Positions 9,215 to 19,112 of a stretch of 64,000 nucleotides of DNA are shown piece after piece. Position numbers and translations under genes: made by a program. Under the pieces are notes generated by a model. That model was not told where the DNA came from, ran no database searches, and saw only the letters and a list, made by a program, of their open reading frames with translations. The stretch is from Candidatus Oxydemutatoraceae bacterium. Its GTDB lineage: Bacteria > Pseudomonadota > Gammaproteobacteria > Poriferisulfidales > Oxydemutatoraceae. Location of the stretch: positions 1,504,001-1,568,000 of the forward strand of contig OZ244717.1 in assembly GCA_965218975.1 (NCBI GenBank), read 5' to 3'. The number at the start of each line of letters is the position of its first letter. The stretch's first letter is position 1.

Positions 9215-10059
9215 TATTTCGGAACTGCGGCAAACTCTTGTAGCTGCTGAATCATAGGCGGTAACGATACTGTTGCTAGGTTAACCCGGCGAATCGGGAG
9301 AATACCTATCACCGAGTTGCAGATCAAAGCACCATTGGCGCTTAATATTCGATCTAAAGTTAAGCAGGTTTCTCGGCATCGGAAACCATATTTCCACCCT
9401 TCAACCAACAAATGTTCTCGCATCACACCACTTACGCCACATTCATCAAGTTGAGGGGTCAAAAGTTCTTCACCTGAACAAATAAATAGGTTACTCATAG
9501 TACCTTCAATGACATGATCCGCGTTATCTAGCATCAATCCTTCGAAATACTCATCTTCCCACTCGCTACGGGCAATCACTTGGTCTAATCTGTTTAAATG
9601 TTTAATGCCGGCAAGCTGCTGATTATATGGCAATCGATGGCGACATATTGTAACGTTCACGCCTTCTTGATAGCATTCGGAAGACGGTAATTGTCCTTGC
9701 ATCAAACATAATACGCGAGTCGGTAAAGTGTTTTGAGGAGGACGATATGAGCGCCCCCCTACCCCGCGGCTGATAATAATTTTTAGGATTCCCCAAGAGC
9801 AACCATAATTAGACAAGTTTTTGCATAATAATTTTACTTCTTGTTCCAATAAGGTCCAATCCTTAAAAAGGATGTTCAACTTTTGACATCCTGAAATTAA
9901 ACGTTGGCAGTGATAAGACCAAAGATAAGGAACATCTCGATCAACTCGCACTGTTTCAAAAACACCATCGCCATAAGCAAAACCACGATCAAGCAAGGAA
10001 ATCAAAGTTGTGGCTTTGCCGTTAATTAAGCCGGCAAAAATTTGAGGCGAATCAGTCAA
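9214..10059 (-). CDS. pabC: Aminodeoxychorismate lyase
   Basis: DRGFAYGDGVFET, GIKHLNRLDQV, EGTMSNLF; fabF-pabC-mltG-tmk-holB synteny. Confidence 0.93.
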   Translation of the reverse strand: MTDSPQIFAGLINGKATTLISLLDRGFAYGDGVFETVRVDRDVPYLWSYHCQRLISGCQKLNILFKDWTLLEQEVKLLCKNLSNYGCSWGILKIIISRGVGGRSYRPPQNTLPTRVLCLMQGQLPSSECYQEGVNVTICRHRLPYNQQLAGIKHLNRLDQVIARSEWEDEYFEGLMLDNADHVIEGTMSNLFICSGEELLTPQLDECGVSGVMREHLLVEGWKYGFRCRETCLTLDRILSANGALICNSVIGILPIRRVNLATVSLPPMIQQLQEFAAVPK

Positions 10060-11297
10060 ATACTTTTAAACAGCAAAGACCCGTTCGTACCACCAAAACC
10101 AAATGAATTTGACAACGCGGCGGAAGTGCGGATATCGCGCGCCGTATTTGGCACGTAGTCAAGGTCGCAATCAGGGTCCGGATTTTCCAGATTAATCGTA
10201 GGAGGAGCAATTTGCTTATATAGCGAGAGAATAGTAATAATCGCTTCGACACTACCAGCCGCTCCTAAGAGATGTCCGATCATGGATTTTGTTGAACTGA
10301 TTGCAATTTGATAGGCATCGCCACCAAAAGTGGTTTTAATTGCCTCAGTTTCAACTTTATCGCCTAATGGTGTGGAGGTTGCATGCGCATTGATGTAACC
10401 GACATCAACGAAGCCTCCGTCAACATTTTTCAACGCTTGGCGCATACACCGCACCGCCCCTTCTCCGCCAGGGGGAGGGGCAGTCATATGATAGGCATCG
10501 CCGGATAAACCGTAACCGGCAAGCTCGCAATAAATTTTTGCCCCGCGAGCACAGGCATACTTATACTCCTCCAGAACTACAACGCCAGCACCGTCGCCAA
10601 GAACAAAACCACTACGCTTCATGTCCCAAGGACGGCTCGCTTTCTCCGGACTATCATTGTATTCGGTCGTTAACGCGCGAGCCGAAGCAAATCCGCCGAT
10701 GGTCAATTCGGCAGTCGCCATTTCCGCACTGCCGGCAATCATCACATCTGCATCACCATAGTCAATGATCCGTGCCGCTTCGCCGATATTATGAGTGCCG
10801 GTGGTACATGCGGAAACCAAAGCAATATTAGGTCCTTTAAATCCATACTGAATCGATAAGTTGCCCCCTATCATGTTGATGATTGAAGCAGGCACAAAAA
10901 AAGGCGATATTTTCCTCGCACCTTTTTTTAAATAAGCTTGGTAGTTGGACTGAATGCAAGGTAATCCACCGATTCCGGAGCCTAACGCAACTCCAATGCG
11001 CGCCGCATTCGCATCGGTTACTTCAAGCTGTGCATCGCGAATTGCTTGAGTAGCTGCCCCAATTCCATAATGGATAAAAGTATCCATTTTTTTTTGATCT
11101 TTAAGATGAATGTAGTCATCAGGGTTAAAATCAACCACTGAACCGCCAATTTGCACCGGAAAACTTTCCGCGTCAAATGCCGAAATTTTACGTATGCCGC
11201 TGACACCGGTAACGATATTATCCCATGCATTTTTGATCGACGACCCAACAGGAGAAACAATACCTAATCCGGTAATAACAATTTTTCTATTTTTCAC
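10056..11297 (-). CDS. fabF: Beta-ketoacyl-ACP synthase II
   Basis: SACTTG, NAHATSTPLGD, STKSMIGHLLGAAG, SNSFGFGG. Confidence 0.96.
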   Translation of the reverse strand: MKNRKIVITGLGIVSPVGSSIKNAWDNIVTGVSGIRKISAFDAESFPVQIGGSVVDFNPDDYIHLKDQKKMDTFIHYGIGAATQAIRDAQLEVTDANAARIGVALGSGIGGLPCIQSNYQAYLKKGARKISPFFVPASIINMIGGNLSIQYGFKGPNIALVSACTTGTHNIGEAARIIDYGDADVMIAGSAEMATAELTIGGFASARALTTEYNDSPEKASRPWDMKRSGFVLGDGAGVVVLEEYKYACARGAKIYCELAGYGLSGDAYHMTAPPPGGEGAVRCMRQALKNVDGGFVDVGYINAHATSTPLGDKVETEAIKTTFGGDAYQIAISSTKSMIGHLLGAAGSVEAIITILSLYKQIAPPTINLENPDPDCDLDYVPNTARDIRTSAALSNSFGFGGTNGSLLFKSI

Positions 11298-11338
11298 GTG
11301 ATTTCGCCAATAGCATTTGTTGTAAGCAAAGTGTTGTA

Positions 11339-11366
11339 ATTATAGTGTCATTCCATCAACGAACAA
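11339..11366 (-). promoter_or_regulatory. Putative sigma70 promoter of fabF
   Basis: Minus strand TTGTTC, 16 nt, TATAAT, about 40 nt upstream of the fabF start. Confidence 0.5.
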
Positions 11367-11777
11367 GTCCAAAGAAACATTAAGCAAAAAAATTCATCTC
11401 CGACTTTCTATCAATCAGATGGCATTCAAGCTTCTATCAGGATTAATGCCCTAACGGAACTTATTCGCACAGCCGATTCACGGTAAATTCTATGAACTGC
11501 AAAGCTTTTAGCATTTCGTAACGCAGAAGCAATTCTTCAGAATATGTATCGATAATTTGCTTATATTAATCGCGGAAGTTATTGCTTGTTAAAAATAATT
11601 GAATCCGGAAAAAAATAGAAACGGCTGTCAATACATCATCAAGAATATCGAATTCAGAAGTGAAGGTACGCGCGGGGCGCTGCAAGGAGGTCAACATGCG
11701 CAAATCACATCATTTTTACTTTCCTGCTGGGAAATTTACGTAAGTATTTCACGCGTCAATAACTGTCGACACAGATA

Positions 11778-12017
11778 TTAACTATTTGCGTGTTCTTCAA
11801 TATACTCTACCGCTTGCTTGACCGTAGTGATTTGTTCCGCTTTTTCATCCGGAATTTCACATTCAAATTCTTCTTCAAGAGCCATAACTAGCTCAACGGT
11901 GTCCAAAGAGTCCGCCCCTAAATCATCAACAAAAGAAGCATTCTCGGTCACTTGGTTTTTTTCAACGCCAAGCTGTTCAATGATAATTTTTTTGACTCTG
12001 CCTTCGATGTCGTTCAT
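11778..12017 (-). CDS. acpP: Acyl carrier protein
   Basis: [20 protein letters not shown]; RBS AGGAGA. Confidence 0.98.
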   Translation of the reverse strand: MNDIEGRVKKIIIEQLGVEKNQVTENASFVDDLGADSLDTVELVMALEEEFECEIPDEKAEQITTVKQAVEYIEEHANS

Positions 12018-12063
12018 CGGATAAATTCTCCTGTGATATGGTAATGAAATTGTGTGGGTGCTA

Positions 12064-12093
12064 ATTTTATCAAAATTTGCTGATTATTTGCAT
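12064..12093 (-). promoter_or_regulatory. Putative extended -10 promoter of acpP
   Basis: Minus strand ATGCAA, 18 nt, TAAAAT, with TGn directly before the -10. Confidence 0.4.
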
Positions 12094-12484
12094 AGTACCG
12101 AATACATGCCGAATAGATGATCGATATGCAATCTAGCACATCGCCATCACATTAAAAATTTCCGGGCGTGTGTTGGATTGCAAAAATGAAAACAATTACA
12201 GGCGCCACTGTTCAATAAAAGTATGATGTATTGGCATTCTGGGATAAACACGGACTTGAATTGACTTAGGCAGTCTAAGCTTAGCCGTAGTACTGAGCAA
12301 GCATTATTGAAAAGACAAACAAGCGAGATGCGCGAAAAAAACAAAGTGCCTACCGCATAGCAATTTAGGCTTTTCATGTTAAATACTGATTTCGAACAAT
12401 TTTCAAAAATTTGTATGTTAGCGTCGCACATTATTTAACGGCGCTTGAAGCTAATATGCGGCATCATATTATTCAGACCTTATA

Positions 12485-13234
12485 TCAATACATATATAAA
12501 CCGCCGCTTACCGCTATAGTCTCGCCTGTAATATAGGCGCCTTCAGGAGAAGCAAGCAACGCCGCTACTGCGGCAACTTCATCGGCAGTACCAAAACGCT
12601 TAAGCGGTATACGCAATTTTAACTCATCGCGTAAATTTTCCGGTAAAGTTTGAGTCATATCGGTATCTATAAATCCCGGAGCGATGCAATTGACTGTAAT
12701 ATTGCGTGGGGCAAGCTCGCGCGCGAGGCTTTTAGCAAAGCCAATCATTCCGGCTTTTGCGGCAGCATAATTGCACTGTCCCGCATTCCCCATTAGACCT
12801 GATACCGAAGTGATATTAATGATTCGTCCCCAGCGCACTTTTATCATATCGTGGGCACATGCCTTGCATAAATGAAATACGGATGTAAGATTGGTTCGAA
12901 TAACCCTTTCCCAATCCTCATCACTCAGTCTGATCAGCAAATTATCTAAGGCAATTCCGGCATTGTTTATTAAAACCAATGGTTTGATATTACGTGCCTT
13001 CAATTTATCAAATAGCGCGGTTATTGATTTCGTGTTGGAAATGTCCAAAGTAAACGCCTCACCGCTTATATTGTCTTGTTGGAAAGTTTGTTGAATTGCT
13101 TCGACACCACGCTTAGTGACCGCAGTACCGTAAACCTCCATTCCTTGTTTTGCTAATTGTCGCGCTATTGCCTGCCCAATCCCGCGTGATGCTCCGGTTA
13201 CTAATGCTTGGCGTATATTCAATTCTCGTCCCAT
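12485..13234 (-). CDS. fabG: 3-oxoacyl-ACP reductase
   Basis: TGASRGIG, NNAGI, YAAAK, APGFIDTDMT. Confidence 0.96.
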   Translation of the reverse strand: MGRELNIRQALVTGASRGIGQAIARQLAKQGMEVYGTAVTKRGVEAIQQTFQQDNISGEAFTLDISNTKSITALFDKLKARNIKPLVLINNAGIALDNLLIRLSDEDWERVIRTNLTSVFHLCKACAHDMIKVRWGRIINITSVSGLMGNAGQCNYAAAKAGMIGFAKSLARELAPRNITVNCIAPGFIDTDMTQTLPENLRDELKLRIPLKRFGTADEVAAVAALLASPEGAYITGETIAVSGGLYMY

Positions 13235-14160
13235 CCGTCAATTGCTTCTAACGCTTTTTCAAAAGATGCGGAATCTCTGAGACTAAAAGTTTTAAAATTT
13301 CTATCAATGCGGTGCAGCAGACCGGATAATACTCGTCCCGGTCCTGCCTCAACAAAATATTCAATACCCTCTCCGCCAATATATTGGATTGTTTTGAACC
13401 ACTGCACCGGCGAATATATTTGTTCGATTAAAGCTTGCCTTATTTCATTGATAGTGTTTTTAATTGTCGCATCAATATTGCAGACTATTGGAATTTTCGG
13501 CATAACTACCGGCACTTCATTCACATATTCGGAAAACTTATCGGCAGCTTCATGCATCAAAGCACAGTGAGACGGGATGCTAACCGTCAGTAGTACGCAT
13601 TTATACGCTCCGGCTTTTTGCGCAAGTTTTATCAACTGATTCACCGCAACTTTTTCGCCGGCGACAACAATTTGTTTAGAAGAATTGAAATTGACCGCAG
13701 CAACATAAGCGTCCACTTTTTTGCACAAACTAATAACTTCCTTACTATTCAGCCCCATAATTGCTGCCATCTTCCCTGTCCCTGCCGGAACCGCATTTTG
13801 CATCAATTCGGCGCGGATATGCACTAGTTTAAGTGCGTCATGAAATTTAATTGCGCCACCACATACTAAAGCCGAATATTCTCCCAAACTATGCCCGGCA
13901 AGTATTTTAGGCAATCGATCAGATGAATTGCTCCAAATTCTCCACATCGCAATACTGGTTGTTAAAAGTATCGGTTGGGCATTGGTCGTCAGGTTCAGTT
14001 CCTCTTCCGAACCATTATTAACAAGCCTCCACAAATTCCGTGATAAAACATCCGATGCTTCCTTGAAAGTTTGACGTACTTGCTTATATTTTGTAGCAAG
14101 TTCGGACAACATATCAACGGATTGCGAACCTTGTCCGGGGAATATAAATGAGAAATCCAT
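13219..14160 (-). CDS. fabD: Malonyl-CoA:ACP transacylase
   Basis: [31 protein letters not shown]. Confidence 0.96.
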   Translation of the reverse strand: MDFSFIFPGQGSQSVDMLSELATKYKQVRQTFKEASDVLSRNLWRLVNNGSEEELNLTTNAQPILLTTSIAMWRIWSNSSDRLPKILAGHSLGEYSALVCGGAIKFHDALKLVHIRAELMQNAVPAGTGKMAAIMGLNSKEVISLCKKVDAYVAAVNFNSSKQIVVAGEKVAVNQLIKLAQKAGAYKCVLLTVSIPSHCALMHEAADKFSEYVNEVPVVMPKIPIVCNIDATIKNTINEIRQALIEQIYSPVQWFKTIQYIGGEGIEYFVEAGPGRVLSGLLHRIDRNFKTFSLRDSASFEKALEAIDGWDEN

Positions 14161-14233
14161 TTTTGTCAGATACTTGTTTTATGTTTCCATATTAAAGATA
14201 ATGCTATCTCATTTGACGACTTGCAGAGATTAT

Positions 14234-14452
14234 ATGGCAAAAGAAGAAGATTTTGATGTCGAAGGTACCATCACGGAGTCTTTACCCAATACGATGTTCA
14301 GGGTTAAGCTGGAAAACGGGCATCTGATTACAGCGCATATGTCGGGACGAATGCGTAAACATTATATTCGTATTTTGGAAGGCGACCGTGTTACTGTCAA
14401 GATGACCCCTTATGACTTAACTAAGGGACGTATTATCTATCGTGTGAAATAA
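14234..14452 (+). CDS. infA: Translation initiation factor IF-1
   Basis: MAKEED...[14 protein letters not shown]...[13 protein letters not shown]; start ATG 14234. Confidence 0.98.
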   Translation: MAKEEDFDVEGTITESLPNTMFRVKLENGHLITAHMSGRMRKHYIRILEGDRVTVKMTPYDLTKGRIIYRVK

Positions 14453-14744
14453 AGATACACATTGCTAAACATACCGCAATCCGCAATCAAAATCACGCCG
14501 GGATAACGGCGGCTTCAAAACGCTTCGCTTGCTTAACATTGACTGTGCCGTTACAAAGAACTTCCATTACATCCTATCCACGTTATGTGCCCCGATGCCT
14601 GATGGATGGTACTTAAGCGTGCGAGTGTTCTCCGCAAGATATCCCTATTGCCACCCTAAGCAAATCTATTAGCAGAAGCCGGTATGCAAAATTTCCCGAC
14701 GTATGCTAAAAAGTTTTAAGGATAAACGGCATCACGTCTGCGTA

Positions 14745-17012
14745 TTATTTTTCCACATGTTTTTTTGCTGTTTTTTTAATGGTAAATACTGGTTTGCCAT
14801 TTTTCAACGTGCAACTGACATTTCCTCCATTTTTTAACTTACCGAATAATAATTCATCAAGCAATGGCTTTTTTAATGTTTCGTTTATTAACCTTTGCGT
14901 CGGTCGGGCACCTAGTTGATCGTCAAAGCCGCGCTCGACAAGCCATTCACGCAAGCGATTACTGATTTTAAGCACCACTTTTTTTTGCTCAAACTGTATC
15001 TGTAGCTGCGCGATAAATTTATTTAAAACAAGGAAAATTGTTTCTTTTGCCAAAGGCTTGAAGCTTACAATTGCATCTAGGCGATTGCGAAACTCAGGAT
15101 TAAACAGGCGTTTGATTGCTTCCATGCCATCGCTGATGGTGTGGTCAGTCTTGGTAAATCCGATATCTGCTTTACTCATTTCAAGCGCGCCGGCATTAGT
15201 TGTCATTATCAATATAGTATTGTGAAAACCAACCGTGCGCCCGCTCGCATCGGTCAGTTTGCCATAATCCATTACCTGCAACAGAAGATTAAAAATGTCC
15301 GGGTGTGCCTTCTCAATTTCATCAAGTAGCACAACCGAATATGGGTTTTTTAACACCGCATCCGATAACAAACCGTTTTGGTCAAATCCCACATAACCCG
15401 GCGGCGCTCCGATTAAACGCGAAATAGTGTGCCGTTCTATATATTCGGACATATCAAATCGCAATAACCGCATACCGGTCAATTTAGCAAGTTGTCGGGC
15501 GATTTCTGTCTTTCCGACGCCGGTAGGACCAGAAAAAAGATAACATCCGGTAGGTTTGTCCGGGTCTGCCAAACCTGAACGTGATAGCTTGATTGCCGTG
15601 ACAATTGTTTCGACAGCCTCATCCTGACCAAATACGGACATCTTCAAATTTAGTTCCAGCTTGCTCAATGTATCCGCTTCATCACCGCTAATTTCACTCA
15701 CCGGAATACGTGCCATTTTGGAGACTAAATTCTTAATATCTTGCACCCGGATAACTCTCGAAGACTTAGCATTGTCAACGTTTCGGACACGTAGCCATGC
15801 ACCGGCTTCATCAATGACGTCAATGGCTTTATCAGGCAGCGAACGTTCGTGCATATAGCGTGCGCTTAAACTAACCGCTGTATGTAACGCGCCTGTGGTG
15901 TATTTGATATTATGAAATTTTTCATAGTGAGATTTTAAGCCTTGTAAAATTTTAAAAGATTCTTCGACGGAAGGTTCTTCAATATCGATTTTTTGAAAAC
16001 GCCGTGCCAACGCATGGTCTTTTGCAAAAACATTGTGGAATTCTTTATATGTGGTTGAACCGATACAACGAATTTCATTGGAGCTCAGTAAAGGTTTAAG
16101 TAAGTTGGCCGCGTCCAACGCACTGCCGGATGCCGATCCGGTTCCAATCAAGGTATGAATTTCATCTACAAATAAAATTGCTTGTTTTTGCTGCTTAATA
16201 TACGCAAGTAATAGTTTGAAACGTTTTTCAAAATCGCCGCGGTATTTCGTTCCGGCAACCAGCCCACTTAGATCCAATGAATAAATAAACGCATCTTTAA
16301 GTAAATCGGGTACATCACCTTCTGCAATTTTTAATGCGAGACCTTCAACCAGAGCAGTTTTGCCGACACCTGCTTCGCCGACAAGTAGCGGATTGTTTTT
16401 TTGCCGGCGGCTTAAAATTTGTATCGTACGTTCAATTTCATTGTGGCGTCCGATTAACGGATCAATTTTGCCACTCAACGCTTTCTCATTTAAGTTTTCT
16501 ACCATAGTCGTAATTACTCGAGATGAAACGGTAGATTCATCTGTCTCGTTCGACGAATAATCGTATTCCAAATAATCGTCTTCGGGTTGATAATTGCTGC
16601 GCGAGATGTAATTAATGATATCGAGACGTTCGATTTGTTGCTTAGAGAGTAAATAAACCGCATACGAGTCTTGTTCGTTGAAAATTGAAATCAAAATATT
16701 TGCACCGCTGATTTCAGTTTGCGAAGAGGACTGAGCATGAAAGACGGCACGTTGCAAAACACGTTGAAAAGCTAAAGTGGGCTGAACATCCGCTTTCTGA
16801 TCGACAAGTTTGGGCACGTATTTCTCCACGTAATCTAACAGTTCGCGCTTTAATTCGTTTAAATCCGCTCCGTGCGCGGACAAAACTTCGATCACGCTTT
16901 GATTGCTTAGCAAAGCATAGAGCAAATATTCAATCGTCAGGAATTCATATTGCTTACTGCGAGCGGATTTGAACGCATTATGTAAAGTTTTTTCCAGCGC
17001 TTTATCTAACAT
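14745..17012 (-). CDS. clpA: ATP-dependent Clp protease ATP-binding subunit ClpA
   Basis: Two AAA modules ([16 protein letters not shown]), [15 protein letters not shown]; downstream of clpS; likely start 17012. Confidence 0.96.
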   Translation of the reverse strand: MLDKALEKTLHNAFKSARSKQYEFLTIEYLLYALLSNQSVIEVLSAHGADLNELKRELLDYVEKYVPKLVDQKADVQPTLAFQRVLQRAVFHAQSSSQTEISGANILISIFNEQDSYAVYLLSKQQIERLDIINYISRSNYQPEDDYLEYDYSSNETDESTVSSRVITTMVENLNEKALSGKIDPLIGRHNEIERTIQILSRRQKNNPLLVGEAGVGKTALVEGLALKIAEGDVPDLLKDAFIYSLDLSGLVAGTKYRGDFEKRFKLLLAYIKQQKQAILFVDEIHTLIGTGSASGSALDAANLLKPLLSSNEIRCIGSTTYKEFHNVFAKDHALARRFQKIDIEEPSVEESFKILQGLKSHYEKFHNIKYTTGALHTAVSLSARYMHERSLPDKAIDVIDEAGAWLRVRNVDNAKSSRVIRVQDIKNLVSKMARIPVSEISGDEADTLSKLELNLKMSVFGQDEAVETIVTAIKLSRSGLADPDKPTGCYLFSGPTGVGKTEIARQLAKLTGMRLLRFDMSEYIERHTISRLIGAPPGYVGFDQNGLLSDAVLKNPYSVVLLDEIEKAHPDIFNLLLQVMDYGKLTDASGRTVGFHNTILIMTTNAGALEMSKADIGFTKTDHTISDGMEAIKRLFNPEFRNRLDAIVSFKPLAKETIFLVLNKFIAQLQIQFEQKKVVLKISNRLREWLVERGFDDQLGARPTQRLINETLKKPLLDELLFGKLKNGGNVSCTLKNGKPVFTIKKTAKKHVEK

Positions 17013-17017
17013 TAAAA

Positions 17018-17344
17018 CTATTCGGCGAGTTCCATTATGCACAGCAAAGGATGCTGCTCACTGCGCGAATAATCATTCACTCGCTTTACCCGCATTTCAG
17101 CAATCTCACGCGAGAATATTCCGCAGATACCCGCACCGGTAGAATGAATTTTTAGCATGAGCCGAGTCGCTTTTGGCGTATCCATTCTAAAAAAAATTTT
17201 GAGAATTTTTACGACAAACTCCATTGGAGTATAATCATCGTTTAGAATAATCACTTTGTACAAGGGCGGTTTGCTTAATTTCGGTTTTACCGAAGCAATT
17301 TGTACGTCGCTATCGCTTTCAATATCTTGTCGGTACTTGCTCAT
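17018..17344 (-). CDS. clpS: Clp adaptor protein ClpS
   Basis: [25 protein letters not shown]. Confidence 0.97.
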   Translation of the reverse strand: MSKYRQDIESDSDVQIASVKPKLSKPPLYKVIILNDDYTPMEFVVKILKIFFRMDTPKATRLMLKIHSTGAGICGIFSREIAEMRVKRVNDYSRSEQHPLLCIMELAE

Positions 17345-17420
17345 AAAATGTATTATAGCAAAACTACTCCGAAACCAAGCCTTTTCGCCGCAACCAAAAA
17401 CAGCTGAAAACTTTGCTCCA

Positions 17421-17879
17421 ATGAGCTGGATACCTCACATTACAGTTGCAGCGATTATTGAACGAGGACAAAAATTTTTGTTGGTTAAAGAAATCGTACA
17501 AGGCCTTGAAGTTTATAATCAGCCTGCCGGACACTTGGAAGAAAGGGAAAGTTTAATTGACGCGGTTAAACGCGAAACTTTCGAAGAGACAGGAATGCAA
17601 TTTGAACCGCAATTCATTACCGGTATATATCACTATCGAGAACCTAACAGTCGCGAGACTTATTTGCGGATAGCATTCGGCGGCAGTGTAATCGCACGGA
17701 GCAAGAGTGCCATACTTGATAAAGGTATTATTGAAACAAAATGGTTGGAGTCATCCGTCATACATGGCTTATCTGTAACGCAAATGCGCAGTCCGATGGT
17801 TCTGAAATGCATCAAGGATTATATGAATAATGTGCGTTATCCGCTTCATTTATTAACTTATATCAATTGTTGCGAGTAA
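17421..17879 (+). CDS. nudJ: Nudix hydrolase (NudJ-like)
   Basis: [17 protein letters not shown], Nudix box [13 protein letters not shown]; precedes mnmA; start ATG 17421. Confidence 0.85.
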   Translation: MSWIPHITVAAIIERGQKFLLVKEIVQGLEVYNQPAGHLEERESLIDAVKRETFEETGMQFEPQFITGIYHYREPNSRETYLRIAFGGSVIARSKSAILDKGIIETKWLESSVIHGLSVTQMRSPMVLKCIKDYMNNVRYPLHLLTYINCCE

Positions 17880-17924
17880 TCCTCGCAGTCATTAAAGCGC
17901 ACTAATTTCATTGTCGCCAATCAG

Positions 17925-19016
17925 ATGATCGGAATAACTGCAAGCAAATTAACCGTCGCAGTCGGCATGTCCGGCGGTGTGGATTCCGCTGTTGCTGCTT
18001 GGATATTAAAACAACTTGATTACAATATCTTCGGGCTATTTATGAAGAATTGGGAAGAAGATGATAACGAAGCTTGTGCCGCCGCTGAGGACTTGAGTTA
18101 CGCTAAAGCAGTCTGCAAACAATTGGCAATTCCATTGCATGTAGTAAGTTTTTCCGCCGAATATTGGGAAATGGTTTTTCAGGTAACTTTGGCAGAATAT
18201 CAGCGCGGACGCACTCCGAATCCTGACATTTTATGTAATCGCAAAATTAAGTTTGACAAGTTTTTACATTACGCTCAATCACTAGGCGCGGACAAAATTG
18301 CTACCGGGCATTATGCAGGAATTAAACGAAAAGGACAATATTATCATTTGATAAAAAGCCAGGACCATAACAAAGATCAGACTTATTTCCTTCATCTGAT
18401 GAATCAAGAAATGCTGGGAAACAGCATATTTCCCCTATCCGATATTACAAAAGCAAATGTCCGGAAGATTGCTAAAAAACACGCTTTAAAATCGGCCGAC
18501 AGAAAAGATAGTACTGGTATTTGTTTTATCGGCGAACGACCTTTTCAGAAATTTCTTAGTCAATATTTGCCACCCCGAAAAGGACAGATTATGGATGAAA
18601 ATAAGCAGCTTATCGGCGAACACAACGGTGTTTGGTTTTATACAATCGGACAACGTCAAGGATTGGGTATCGGCGGATTAGCAAGTTCGGCAGAAGCGCC
18701 GTGGTACGTTGCCGATAAAGATCTAGCGCAAAATCGCTTGCATGTGGTACAAGGACATGATCATCCGTCGTTGCTTAAGCATAAAATCGAAGCTGAGCAA
18801 GTGCATTGGATTACGGAAGTACCATCCGATCGCACTAAACTGTATGCAAAAATCCGTCATCGTCAAATTGAGCAAGATTGTCGAATTGAACATCACGGTA
18901 ATACATTTCATGCATATTTTGATACGCCTCAATGGGGAGTTGCTCCCGGCCAATCAATCGTTTTATACGATGATAATGCTTGTATCGGCGGAGGCATCAT
19001 CTCAAAGGCGGTATGA
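17925..19016 (+). CDS. mnmA: tRNA 2-thiouridylase
   Basis: MSGGVDS, TPNPDILCN, ATGHYA, KDQTYFL, DSTGICFIGE, TIGQRQG, APGQ. Confidence 0.97.
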   Translation: MIGITASKLTVAVGMSGGVDSAVAAWILKQLDYNIFGLFMKNWEEDDNEACAAAEDLSYAKAVCKQLAIPLHVVSFSAEYWEMVFQVTLAEYQRGRTPNPDILCNRKIKFDKFLHYAQSLGADKIATGHYAGIKRKGQYYHLIKSQDHNKDQTYFLHLMNQEMLGNSIFPLSDITKANVRKIAKKHALKSADRKDSTGICFIGERPFQKFLSQYLPPRKGQIMDENKQLIGEHNGVWFYTIGQRQGLGIGGLASSAEAPWYVADKDLAQNRLHVVQGHDHPSLLKHKIEAEQVHWITEVPSDRTKLYAKIRHRQIEQDCRIEHHGNTFHAYFDTPQWGVAPGQSIVLYDDNACIGGGIISKAV

Positions 19017-19112
19017 ATTTATTTTTAAAATCTTGTCAAAAAAATCAAACAAAAAATGAGAGTGCTGTACAATGCGCGATCACGCTCCCGCTTTAGCAGA
19101 AATAAAACACCT

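Noticed and set aside
12357-12386. Second dif-like site (TCATGTTAAAT)
   Set aside because: Imperfect XerD arm and no XerC arm at the correct spacing
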